Shown one piece after another: positions 18,055 through 27,226 of a DNA stretch of 54,339 nucleotides. The stretch covers positions 1-54,339 of the forward strand of contig CAMDTO010000005.1 in NCBI GenBank assembly GCA_945907765.1, in the 5' to 3' direction. Below the pieces are notes generated by a model. That model had not been told where the DNA came from. It worked only from the letters and a program-made list of their open reading frames with translations, and did not search any database. Positions within the stretch are counted from its first letter, which is position 1; the number at the start of each line of letters is the position of its first letter. Source of the DNA: Thermoflexus hugenholtzii JAD2. GTDB taxonomy: Bacteria; Chloroflexota; UBA11872; UBA12225. A program made the position numbers and the translations under genes.

Positions 18055-19209
18055 ATGCGTATCGCTTGTGTGCAGGACCAGTTGAGCCGTGGCCTCGCCA
18101 CCGTTGGCCGCGCCGTGAGTTCCCGGACGACCATGCCGGTTCTTGGGCACGTGTTGCTTGCGACCGATGGTGAGCGACTTCGTCTCGCTGCGACCAACCT
18201 GGAACTTGGGATCACGACGTGGATCTCCGCGCGGGTGCTTGAGGAGGGACGTGCGACGGTGCCAGCCCGCCTCCTTGCCGAGTTCGTGAACTCCCTTCCA
18301 GCTGGGAAGGATGTTTCGATCGACGGCGGGACGCGTGGTGCCCCTCTTCACCTCTCGTGCGATCGCATCAGCGCAAACGTCAAGGGGATGGATCCGGACG
18401 AATTCCCACCATTGGCGACCGGTGATGATCGGCCGGCAGTCCGCATTCCATCGCGCGAGTTCAGGACGATGATTGACCAGGTTGCATTCAGTGCGGCCCG
18501 TGACGAGTCGAGGCCGGTGCTTGGAGGTGTCAATGTCAAGGTATCGGGCGTCCAGCTGACGCTTGCCGCCGCCGACGGCTTCCGACTGTCCATCAGGCAC
18601 GCGCGTCTCGACCACGGATTGCCGGAACCGCTCGACATCATCATCCCCGCGCGTGCACTCACCGAACTTGGCCGCCTGCTCGGCGGTGATGACGACGACG
18701 TCGAACTGAGCGTAACGGGCAACCGGACCCAGGTGCTCTTCCGCGTGCGCACCGCTGATGGTGAGACCGTGCTTGTCAGCCGGTTGCTTGAGGGCCAGTT
18801 TCCAGACTTGCAGCGGGTGATCCCGAAGACCGCGACGACCGAGATGACGATCTCCCGGTCCGAACTGGCGACAGCCATCAAGATTGCGTCGATCTTTGCG
18901 AGGGATGCGGCGAACGTGGTTCGTTTGGACCTCCAACCCGGGGACGAAGGCGGCGTCACGCCCGGCACACTCGAGATCACCGCGACGGCACCCGACGTTG
19001 GTGATAACAAGAGCCAGATGCCCGCCGGGATCACCGGAGACGAGACACACATCTCGTTCAGTGCCGAATTCCTGTCTGATGTACTCGGCGTCTTGAAGTC
19101 CGACCGGATCCACCTCAAGTTGACGGGCCCGCTTTCCCCCGCGGTCATCGAGGGCGTCGGTGTGGAGGACTACACGCACGTCATCATGCCCATGCACTCG
19201 GTGCGCTGA
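18055..19209 (+). CDS. dnaN: DNA polymerase III beta sliding clamp
   Basis: TTMPVLGHVLL, LAATNLELG, DEFPPL, SRPVLGGV, AADGFRLS, SRLLEGQFPDLQRVIP, ISFSAEFL, HVIMPM. Confidence 0.98.
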   Translation: MRIACVQDQLSRGLATVGRAVSSRTTMPVLGHVLLATDGERLRLAATNLELGITTWISARVLEEGRATVPARLLAEFVNSLPAGKDVSIDGGTRGAPLHLSCDRISANVKGMDPDEFPPLATGDDRPAVRIPSREFRTMIDQVAFSAARDESRPVLGGVNVKVSGVQLTLAAADGFRLSIRHARLDHGLPEPLDIIIPARALTELGRLLGGDDDDVELSVTGNRTQVLFRVRTADGETVLVSRLLEGQFPDLQRVIPKTATTEMTISRSELATAIKIASIFARDAANVVRLDLQPGDEGGVTPGTLEITATAPDVGDNKSQMPAGITGDETHISFSAEFLSDVLGVLKSDRIHLKLTGPLSPAVIEGVGVEDYTHVIMPMHSVR

Positions 19210-19227
19210 TCCGTCGATGGTTTTGGC

Positions 19228-19269
19228 TGGAGGCTCGGCTACCGCGCGATGAGCGAGGGCGAGTCTCCA
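19228..19269. terminator. Inverted repeat between convergent dnaN and alpha/beta hydrolase genes
   Basis: TGGAGGCTCG ... CGAGTCTCCA (one G-U pair); no clear U-tract. Confidence 0.3.
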
Positions 19270-19270
19270 A

Positions 19271-20077
19271 TCACGTTGACGCAATGAAGTGATCAATGTG
19301 CGCGACGGCTTCACGGGGGCGTGAAGCATGGATCGCATGTGACGCGCCGGGGATGTGCACTCGAGTGCCCCGAGGCAACCGCCGGGCAAACTGGTTGGCG
19401 GCGTCGTCACCGAGTGCTCCATCGACGGCCACATCGGCTTGGATGATCAGGACGGGCACGTGCAGTTCGGGCGCAGCATCCCACGCCCAAGGCGCGCCTC
19501 GGGGGGAGGCGAGGTACGTCTCAAGGGTTCCCGGCGCCGCAAGTCTGAAGAGACCGGCGAGTGACCGTGAGGCGGCGTCCCCGTGGAAGCTCGCCAAGTA
19601 GGTCTCGAGCGGCCCTGGGGGTTCTTGACGAAGGCGCGCGACCTCTCCGACAACCTCATTGCTGATTGCTGGATCCAGTGGCGGGTCGAGGAGGACAAGC
19701 CGGCTGATCCGATCAGGCTCAGCCATGGCCATCGCCAGGGCGACGAGGGAACCCAGCGAGTGGCCGATGACGGTCACTGGTCCCGGGCTGCCCTTGCGGT
19801 CCATGAGCGCCAGGACATCAGCGGCATAGTCGGACGGGGTGTAGTGGTGCGGCAGTGGTGCCTTGCCAGATGCACCGTGCCCTCGCAGGTCCGGTGCGAT
19901 CACTGGACGCGCAAGAAACCGGCGGGCGAACCCTGCCCACACCGCTCCGGAAACGCCGAGGCCATGAAGAAGGATGGTCTCTGGAGGGTGGTGTGGCGAC
20001 GACGTGTGCGTCACGCCGAATTCGTTCAGGTGCAGCGCAACGACGCTTCGTGGACCGTCCTCAATTGCACGGGTCAC
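19271..20077 (-). CDS. Alpha/beta fold hydrolase
   Basis: ILLHGLG, APDLRGHGAS, nucleophile elbow GHSLG, PVLIIQAD, GASHAIH; GTGA overlap with the upstream AKR. Confidence 0.9.
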   Translation of the reverse strand: MTRAIEDGPRSVVALHLNEFGVTHTSSPHHPPETILLHGLGVSGAVWAGFARRFLARPVIAPDLRGHGASGKAPLPHHYTPSDYAADVLALMDRKGSPGPVTVIGHSLGSLVALAMAMAEPDRISRLVLLDPPLDPAISNEVVGEVARLRQEPPGPLETYLASFHGDAASRSLAGLFRLAAPGTLETYLASPRGAPWAWDAAPELHVPVLIIQADVAVDGALGDDAANQFARRLPRGTRVHIPGASHAIHASRPREAVAHIDHFIAST

Positions 20078-21069
20078 TGGTCACCGTGGGATAGCCACCT
20101 CACCTGGTCTGGCGAGAGCTCGAGGTCCGCAACCGCAAGACTGCTCTGAAGTTCCTCGACCGTGGCCGGACCGACAAGCGCGTGCGTCTGAAGGCCCGGC
20201 TGGTTCAGGACCCAGGCCAAAGCGACTTGCGTTGGGGTCAGTCCCAGCTGTTCGCCAAGCGTGACCGCCCGATCGTACCTCGCCCAATTCTCGTCGTTGT
20301 AATAGACCCGGACCATGTCTGCATTCGAGTGGTCGTCACGCTCGAACTTGCCTGAGAAGAACCCACCTGCCTGCGACGACCACGAGAACAGTGGCATGGC
20401 ATGGCGCTGGTACCAGCCCTTTGACGCCTCATCCCCTGAGATCGAGATGCAGTTTGCCCACATCGGTTCCTTCGCGACGGCGAGGGCGATGTTCGGGCTG
20501 CTCGCGGTGAATTGCACGAGACCATGCTGGGTTGCGTACGCGTTGGCTTCTTGGATACGGGGGATTGACCAATTCGATCCGCCGATTGCGCGGATCCGCC
20601 CACGAGCGTGATGGTGGTGGAGGGTATTCATGACGTCGGAGACCGGCACGCCCTGATCGTCTCGGTGGAGTACGTACAAGTCGACGTGATCAGTGCCCAT
20701 GCGCTCAAGGCTGAGCCCGAGGTCGTAGCTGATTTCAGTAGCGCTCACGCGGTCTCCCCGTGAGTCATGGTGTGCACCCTTCGAGAGGATCAGGATGTCT
20801 TCACGGCGTCCACCGGAGCGGAGCCATGCGCCGATGTTCCGGTCAGACCATCCGCCGCCGTAGATTGCAGCGGTATCCACAATGTTCCCGCCGGCCGCGA
20901 GGTACGTTTCGATGAGGTCCTTGGCCAGGTCAGCGCGGCCCTGGGCGAATGAGGTCGACCCGAGAACGATGCGCGCAACAGGTCGGTCGATGCCGGCAAC
21001 GGGTCCATATCTCATGCGGTGCATGGTAGCGTGCGAGTGGTTCGCCAACCCACCGGCGTGACCGTTCAC
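20074..21069 (-). CDS. Aldo/keto reductase
   Basis: IVDTAAIYGGG.SDRNIG, ILSKG, SLERMGTDHVDLYVLHRDD, IGGSNWS, QVALAWVL; start 21069, 21024 or 21015. Confidence 0.92.
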   Translation of the reverse strand: MNGHAGGLANHSHATMHRMRYGPVAGIDRPVARIVLGSTSFAQGRADLAKDLIETYLAAGGNIVDTAAIYGGGWSDRNIGAWLRSGGRREDILILSKGAHHDSRGDRVSATEISYDLGLSLERMGTDHVDLYVLHRDDQGVPVSDVMNTLHHHHARGRIRAIGGSNWSIPRIQEANAYATQHGLVQFTASSPNIALAVAKEPMWANCISISGDEASKGWYQRHAMPLFSWSSQAGGFFSGKFERDDHSNADMVRVYYNDENWARYDRAVTLGEQLGLTPTQVALAWVLNQPGLQTHALVGPATVEELQSSLAVADLELSPDQVRWLSHGDQ

Positions 21070-21136
21070 GGGGTGACAGAATAGCAGGGATAGTGTTCTT
21101 GCTTGAGCACCTCGTTTGGTCGTGGGAGGTCATGCC

Positions 21137-23197
21137 GTGGCTGTAGGTACCGTGACTGCATCGCATGTGAAGCAGGTGGCCCCGTTCGGAGAATGGGAAT
21201 CGCCAATCGCTCCGCGAGACATGGCAACTGGCGGGCTTCAGATACTGGCACCGACGTACGCATCCAACGGGTCCCTGTTCTGGCTTGAGGGACGTCCGAC
21301 TGAAGCGGGGCGCGTCGTCGTCGTCGAGCGCACCGTGGGTGGGGTAGTCCGTGACTGGACACCGGCGCCGTTCAGTGTGCGGTCACGCGTGCATGAATAC
21401 GGCGGTGGGTCATACTGGCTTTCTCAGGGCACAGACGGCAGTCCGCTCGTGTGGTTTGTCGACTTCGCAACGCAGCGGGTCTTCCGGCAGGCGGGAAGCG
21501 ATCACGATCCAGTCGCCGTGACCGAGGAGACCGGCGCCCGGCATCGCTACGCAGATGGCGCCGTGAGCCCGGGTGGCGACTGGATTGTCGCGGTGAGAGA
21601 GCGCCATGAAGGCGAGCACGCGACGGACGTCGTCAACGAACTCGTCGCAATAAGGACCGATGGCACTCGGGACACCCACGTGGTGGCTGGTGGTGCAGGT
21701 GAGAGCGGTCTTCGCGTCCCTCCCGCGGACTTCGTGGCGTGCCCGGCAATGTCCCCGGACGGGACGCGCATTGCATGGATGGCGTGGGACCATCCAAACA
21801 TGCCGTGGGACACCACCTCGCTCTGGGTGGCTGACTTCGACCAAGTGAATGCGTTGGTCACGGGGGAGCCTCGGCTCCTTGCGGGCGGTTCTGGCAGTGG
21901 GGAGGCGGTCACGTATCCGGCCTGGAGTAGTGACGGCGACCTCTATGCGATGACGGACCGGACCGGCTGGTGGAACCTGCACCGGTCGGCTGGGGGTTCT
22001 GGGTCGTTGGCTCCCGTATGGCAGGTCGACCAGGACTGCGCTGGACCGATGTGGGGATTAGGTTCGGCACCGTATGTGCTGCTGCATGATGGCACCGCAC
22101 TGGTGGTCGTACGCAATGGTGCCGACGGCGAAATGTTCAGTGTGGATTGTCGGTTGGGGTGTGCGACTGCAATGAGCCTGCCCTGCACCCAGATCCAGGC
22201 ACCGATTGCCAGCGCCGGATGGAGAGTTGCACTGGTTGCGTCGTCGCCGACGCGTCCGGGTTCGCTCCTCGAATTTGATCTGGAGGATGACAACCCGCCA
22301 TCGACGGTCATCCAGGTCCGCGAAAGTGCGGTCCCGGTCGTCGCCGGATCGGTCTCGGGTGGCGAACCGATCAGGTTTGTCACGGGGGATGGCGCACGCG
22401 CGCACGCGCTTTTCTATCCGCCCACAAATGCAGACTGGGTTGCGCCGCCAGGTGAATTGCCGCCAGTGATCGTGTTGAGTCATGGTGGTCCGACGAGTGC
22501 GGTCGGGTCTGGCTACCGACTCGACATCCAGTTTTGGACGACGCGTGGTTTTGCGGTAGTTGACGTCAATTACCGCGGAAGTACCGGTTTCGGGCGGGAC
22601 TACCGTCAGGCGCTGAACGGCAGATGGGGTGAAACCGACGTTGAGGACTGTGTCTCGGCAGCTCGTCACCTTGCAGATTGCCAACGCGTTGACCCGAAAC
22701 GTCAATGCGTCATGGGGGGAAGTGCCGGAGGCTACACAACCCTCGCATCGCTCGCATTTCGTCCCGGGGTTTTTGCCGCTGGAATGAGTGACTACGGTGT
22801 GGGTGACCTTGAGGCTTTGGCGTTACACACGCACAAGTTTGAGTCGCGGTATCTGGATACCGTCGTCGCGCCGTATCCCGAGGGGATCGCAACCTATCAT
22901 GCGAGGTCACCGCTTGGCCATGCCGACCAGATCACCACTCCCTTGCTTCTCCTTCAGGGAGAGGAGGACCGTGTCGTGCCCCCGGATCAGGCTCGGTCGA
23001 TGGCGAAGGCACTTGACCGCAGGGGCGTACCGCATGCCATCATCGTCTTTGAGGGTGAGGGTCATGGCTTTCGGCGGGCATCAACCATTGAGGCAAGCTA
23101 CCAGATCAAGCTGAGTTTTCTTGGTCAGGTGTTAGGCCTCGCGCCTGTCGGCATTCACGATGCCGTCCCTATTCTCCACCACCCACGCACGACCTGA
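21137..23197 (+). CDS. S9 family (prolyl oligopeptidase/acylaminoacyl) peptidase
   Basis: APFGEWESPI, RSRVHEYGGG, WDHPNMPW, HGGPT, NYRGSTGFGRDY, GGSAGG (Ser), DRVV (Asp), EGHGF (His); GGAGG 7 nt upstream of GTG 21137. Confidence 0.95.
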   Translation: MAVGTVTASHVKQVAPFGEWESPIAPRDMATGGLQILAPTYASNGSLFWLEGRPTEAGRVVVVERTVGGVVRDWTPAPFSVRSRVHEYGGGSYWLSQGTDGSPLVWFVDFATQRVFRQAGSDHDPVAVTEETGARHRYADGAVSPGGDWIVAVRERHEGEHATDVVNELVAIRTDGTRDTHVVAGGAGESGLRVPPADFVACPAMSPDGTRIAWMAWDHPNMPWDTTSLWVADFDQVNALVTGEPRLLAGGSGSGEAVTYPAWSSDGDLYAMTDRTGWWNLHRSAGGSGSLAPVWQVDQDCAGPMWGLGSAPYVLLHDGTALVVVRNGADGEMFSVDCRLGCATAMSLPCTQIQAPIASAGWRVALVASSPTRPGSLLEFDLEDDNPPSTVIQVRESAVPVVAGSVSGGEPIRFVTGDGARAHALFYPPTNADWVAPPGELPPVIVLSHGGPTSAVGSGYRLDIQFWTTRGFAVVDVNYRGSTGFGRDYRQALNGRWGETDVEDCVSAARHLADCQRVDPKRQCVMGGSAGGYTTLASLAFRPGVFAAGMSDYGVGDLEALALHTHKFESRYLDTVVAPYPEGIATYHARSPLGHADQITTPLLLLQGEEDRVVPPDQARSMAKALDRRGVPHAIIVFEGEGHGFRRASTIEASYQIKLSFLGQVLGLAPVGIHDAVPILHHPRTT

Positions 23198-23290
23198 TCT
23201 TGGTCGGACAACGTGGGAACCGATGAACGCACGAGACTGGGCTGACGCGATGACGATGGATCTGGGCCGGCCCAAAGGGCCTGGCGGCGG

Positions 23291-23776
23291 ATGTGCCTGG
23301 AGGGTTCCCGGGGCAATGCGCTCATGACACGGGATGCGGGACGCATGGTGTTCGGCCCGTGGGTGCCCGAGGAAACGCCGGGACCCGATCAGGGTGGTGG
23401 CGGATCCGTGATCCCGTTGGTGCTGAGCGAATGGCGTGCAGTCTCATCGTTGGATGATCCAGGCAAGTTCGAGACATTTCCGGCGCCATGGTCGAACCCG
23501 CGACGACTCGTCACTATCGTCGATGAGGAACGGCAGTCCGTTGACCGCGTCCGTCGGTTTGTTGCCGGTTGGGAGTGGCTCGAACGTCAGACGCGTAGCC
23601 ATGTTGCGCGCCCGGTGTTGCTCCCCAAGCGCGAGTGTGACCACTATCTTGCCGGGGCCGGGGTCATGCTCAAGGCCTCCAGATCGGACCGTGCCACCAA
23701 CGGGTCTCCCGGCATGGGAGGAACGGCCAACTCGACTTTGCCGGAGCAAGTCGACGGTTCGCCAGGCGCCCGCTAG
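23291..23776 (+). CDS. Hypothetical protein
   Basis: Fills the gap between the peptidase and the convergent SH3 gene; globular-looking core (PAPWSNPRRLVTIVDEE...FVAGWEWLE); start uncertain (23291/23324/23345). Confidence 0.5.
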   Translation: MCLEGSRGNALMTRDAGRMVFGPWVPEETPGPDQGGGGSVIPLVLSEWRAVSSLDDPGKFETFPAPWSNPRRLVTIVDEERQSVDRVRRFVAGWEWLERQTRSHVARPVLLPKRECDHYLAGAGVMLKASRSDRATNGSPGMGGTANSTLPEQVDGSPGAR

Positions 23777-25167
23777 CGAGCCGTCGTGAACTGGGCCGGT
23801 ACGTACCCCGTGCGTCCTACGCTGTCGCGGACCATCAACCAGTTGCCCTTCCCACCTGATCCATCGTCACCCACGATCCCTGAGGTCACGATGGTCAGTG
23901 ATGTGCCTTCCCGGAATGCAACCTTGGGTACCGTCCGGTCATCCCATTGGGGACTAGTGCGGAATGCGACGCCCCGACCACCGGTATTGGCGACGACGAC
24001 GCGCAACATCCCGCTCACGGGTGCTTGGGCTGGAGACACGCTGACTTGGGATTGAGCGACTGGTGGAGCAGGTTCGGCAACGTTCTCGGCGGGCGACGTC
24101 GCTTCCGCACTTGGAATGCTGGCGTGCAAGAACTCCGCACCATCGTGAGCAGCAATGGGATCAGTTCCAGCGGTACCGAGGGACATCACCTCGGCCACGC
24201 CACCCAAAGCCAGCCCGGGTCCATTCGAATCGACGGCAACTGAGGAGGAGGCGTTCATTGATGGGTCGGTGTCAGCTACCGCGCCTTCCGGTGTGAGCGT
24301 AGGTGTCAATTCCACAGTCGGCGCGGCGAGGGCGTAGTCGATCTCGTGGCTGAACGCTGGCTGTGCGACGACCCAGATACCCGCTGCGAACAGGCATGCC
24401 GCCGTGACCGACAGGAGGTATTCGCCGGCGGCCTGGCGTGATCGGAATGCCCAGAAACGCTGTGTGCGAGGCAGGAGAAGCCGTGCAAGGGCGGCGATGT
24501 AGAGCGCAGCAAAGACGACAACGCCGATTGTCGATGCATAGACTGCCCATCCCCACCAAGGCCATGCGTTCCCTGGGAGCGCCAGGCGCGGACGCGATGG
24601 CCTCGTGGCCAGTGGCAGCTGGGGCGAGAGTGAGACCAGGGTTTTCCGCGTTTTCTCCTTAATTGGTGCGGTTTCGGCGCTGGCACTGTGTTCGGTGTGG
24701 AGGTCATCGAGACTTGCCGGAAGCGCGTCGAACCACGCCGGATGCAAGACCTCACGATCGGTGGCGAGACGCACGGAACGCATGGTTCGGGGACGCGCCC
24801 CGAATTCGGGGCGTGAGGCGGCTCCTGCGTCGGCGATTTGGGCGTTCGCCCGGGTTGTTGACGAGTACATCAGCGCAACGAACGGTGGAACGGTCCCCGT
24901 CGCCCTTTCCGATCCAACACCTTCGCGGGTCAGACTTTCGGAAGGTGAAGCCGGTGTGGTCGTCACCACCGTGTCGCTGGGTGGGGCCATGCCAAGATCC
25001 GGCCCGAGAACGCCGTTGTCCTCCGAGATTGGAGATGCGCTGCTTTCGGTTTTTTCGATCGCAGGTCTCGTCGCCACCATCTCGCTGGTCCCTCCCGACA
25101 CGACAGCCTTTGCGATCACTCGCATTGGCTTGGCTTGGCTTGGCATTGCGTTGGAACCTGATCGCAC
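23773..25167 (-). CDS. Membrane protein with two TM helices and a C-terminal SH3b-like domain
   Basis: TM segments WWGWAVYASTIGVVVFAALYIAAL and YLLSVTAACLFAAGIWVVA; C-terminal VANTGGRGVAFRTSP...WLMVRDSVGRTGYVPAQF. Confidence 0.7.
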   Translation of the reverse strand: MRSGSNAMPSQAKPMRVIAKAVVSGGTSEMVATRPAIEKTESSASPISEDNGVLGPDLGMAPPSDTVVTTTPASPSESLTREGVGSERATGTVPPFVALMYSSTTRANAQIADAGAASRPEFGARPRTMRSVRLATDREVLHPAWFDALPASLDDLHTEHSASAETAPIKEKTRKTLVSLSPQLPLATRPSRPRLALPGNAWPWWGWAVYASTIGVVVFAALYIAALARLLLPRTQRFWAFRSRQAAGEYLLSVTAACLFAAGIWVVAQPAFSHEIDYALAAPTVELTPTLTPEGAVADTDPSMNASSSVAVDSNGPGLALGGVAEVMSLGTAGTDPIAAHDGAEFLHASIPSAEATSPAENVAEPAPPVAQSQVSVSPAQAPVSGMLRVVVANTGGRGVAFRTSPQWDDRTVPKVAFREGTSLTIVTSGIVGDDGSGGKGNWLMVRDSVGRTGYVPAQFTTAR

Positions 25168-25385
25168 CGCAATTGCGGCCGCGGCAAGTTCGCTTTCGTC
25201 AAATCCGTCCCGCGGGAATAACGCGCCGGATGTGTCCGTGATGCGCCAGAGCGTCCGCTGGATTGCCTATCGCCGTCGGGGACGTGCCGGGATGTTGCGC
25301 TAGACTTGGGCAACGGGCGGCCCTGATGGGAGCTCAGGAGTGGTTGTTCGGACAAGTCCGGGGTACCAAGAGGGAAAGTTGAACC

Positions 25386-26375
25386 ATGAGCCTTGAAGAG
25401 TCAGATACGGGGTCTGCAGGAGCCGTAACGGCGCTTGACCGGTTGAACATCACCCAACGGTACTTGGCAACCGAGTTTGCCGATGGGTATGAGGATGGGG
25501 TGCTGACCCGACGCGACCTGATCGAACGGGTTGCAAGAATGACGGGAGGAATTGGCACGGCCGCGTCAGTCCTGCTCGCACTCGGCATCCGTCCACACTC
25601 AGCCCAGGCGCAGTCGTCTCCGCCGGCGTATTCGACTCCGGGTGACGCATCCAGCCCCGCTTCGGTCACGCCCGATGATCCTGCAGTCGTCGCGTCAGAC
25701 GTCATTGTCGTGAACGGCGGAGTGGAGGTTGCGGGCTACCTTGTGAGGCCTAGCGGTGATGGTCCATTTCCCGCAATCATGATCTGTCACGAGAATGCTG
25801 GAACCGCCGAACACTTCCGCGATGTCGCCCGGAGGTTCGCGAAGGCCGGATATGTCGCGCTGCACCTTGACCTGCTTTCCCGTGAAGGTGGTACGGAGGC
25901 CGTTCCGGCAAACCAGCGTGGAGCGGCCCTGACCGCTCCCGGCAAGGCAGATCTTTTCGTGGGTGATTTCCGCGCTGCGATGGCAATGTTGCGTGCAGAT
26001 CAAGCAGTCCGCGGAGACGCAATCGGGATGACGGGCTACTGCTTTGGTGGCAGTGTGACGTGGAATGTCGCGTGTCGCGAACCGGGATTGCGGGCCGTGG
26101 TGCCCTTCTATGGGCCACCAGGGTTCCCGGAAGAACTCGGCGAGATCCGGGCAAGTTGCCTGGGCGTCTACGGTGAGACTGACGAGCGCGTGAACGCCAG
26201 CATTCCGGTCGTTGCATCGGCCCTCGAGACGTCGGGCATCGTGCACGCCTTGAAGGTGTACCCGGCCGCCGGCCACGCGTTCTTCAACGACACTCGCCCG
26301 CAGGTGTATGTCGAGGCTGCGTCGGTTCAGGCTTGGCACGACACGCTTGAGTGGTTTGCCAAGCATCTGGCGTGA
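25386..26375 (+). CDS. Dienelactone hydrolase family protein (YghX-like)
   Basis: TRRDLIER Tat-like motif, CHENAG, GYCFGG (Cys nucleophile), YGETDERV, GHAFFND. Confidence 0.92.
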   Translation: MSLEESDTGSAGAVTALDRLNITQRYLATEFADGYEDGVLTRRDLIERVARMTGGIGTAASVLLALGIRPHSAQAQSSPPAYSTPGDASSPASVTPDDPAVVASDVIVVNGGVEVAGYLVRPSGDGPFPAIMICHENAGTAEHFRDVARRFAKAGYVALHLDLLSREGGTEAVPANQRGAALTAPGKADLFVGDFRAAMAMLRADQAVRGDAIGMTGYCFGGSVTWNVACREPGLRAVVPFYGPPGFPEELGEIRASCLGVYGETDERVNASIPVVASALETSGIVHALKVYPAAGHAFFNDTRPQVYVEAASVQAWHDTLEWFAKHLA

Positions 26376-26396
26376 ACGGGCCGTGACTTGGGATGG

Positions 26397-27116
26397 TCAG
26401 GGTCGTTCGGGCGGGCGTCGTCGATTTCCCGTGGTTGGGGGAGCGCCATTGGGAAAGCCCCGTTGCACCCCCCCCGGGATGTCGCGCATCACTGCCTCAA
26501 CGGCGGCTTGACGCTCCAGACGTGAAAGTTCCGGTGGAATGGACGGATCAGGCACAAGGCTTGATGCGTCGTACTCGGAAAGGTCGTCGTCATCGTCTGG
26601 AGGCTCATCGTCATCATCGAACCCGTCATCCAGAGTGGGACTTGTCAATGGCTCAGTCTCTGGGGACGATGGTCTTGCCGGATCTGCTGTCCGGCTGGCA
26701 GGTTCATCAATGTGTCGCGTTCCTGCCGCATCCCCCGAAGCGTGCAGGGACACTGGGCGCAGGTCATCCCGGCGCGTGCCGGGGTTGTCTGGCATGACGG
26801 TCAGATACCGGCGTGTGCCGGGCGCGGTCAACAGCGTTTCCTGCCACGAGGACGAATCCATGCCTCCGTCCCGTGAGGCAGATCGTAGTGCCTCGCGCAA
26901 GCGTCCCTCGTGCGCCTCCATGTCGGAGAGGCTTGAGAACAGGTATTCAACCTCGAGGTCTGGTTCACCAGCACTGCGGGTGTCGACACTGACAAAGCGT
27001 CCCCCGGGCCAGCCAACCGGCGCTCCAATCGCGTCAATCAGACGGATCGCAGCGATCACGTCGGGACGCCGTCGTGGCTTGCACGAATAGCCGAGGCGAA
27101 GGATCAACGTTGCCAT
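26397..27116 (-). CDS. Hypothetical protein: compact N-terminal domain plus acidic, Pro-rich tail
   Basis: N-terminal LRLGYSCKP...LEVEYLFSSLSDMEAH pattern resembles dimeric alpha/beta-barrel (NIPSNAP-like) domains; DDDDEPPDDDDD tract. Confidence 0.6.
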   Translation of the reverse strand: MATLILRLGYSCKPRRRPDVIAAIRLIDAIGAPVGWPGGRFVSVDTRSAGEPDLEVEYLFSSLSDMEAHEGRLREALRSASRDGGMDSSSWQETLLTAPGTRRYLTVMPDNPGTRRDDLRPVSLHASGDAAGTRHIDEPASRTADPARPSSPETEPLTSPTLDDGFDDDDEPPDDDDDLSEYDASSLVPDPSIPPELSRLERQAAVEAVMRDIPGGVQRGFPNGAPPTTGNRRRPPERP

Positions 27117-27226
27117 CGGGTGCAATCATCACGTGCGGCGAACGGCTGTGCAACCCGGAAGACGCGGCCGTTCACTCGCCGTTGTCAACGACCGGCAAGT
27201 CCGGCGCAATCCCATCAGGTGCGTCG

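Noticed and set aside
17680-19434. 584-aa minus-strand ORF over dnaN
   Set aside because: Antisense shadow of a highly conserved gene with GC-biased third positions
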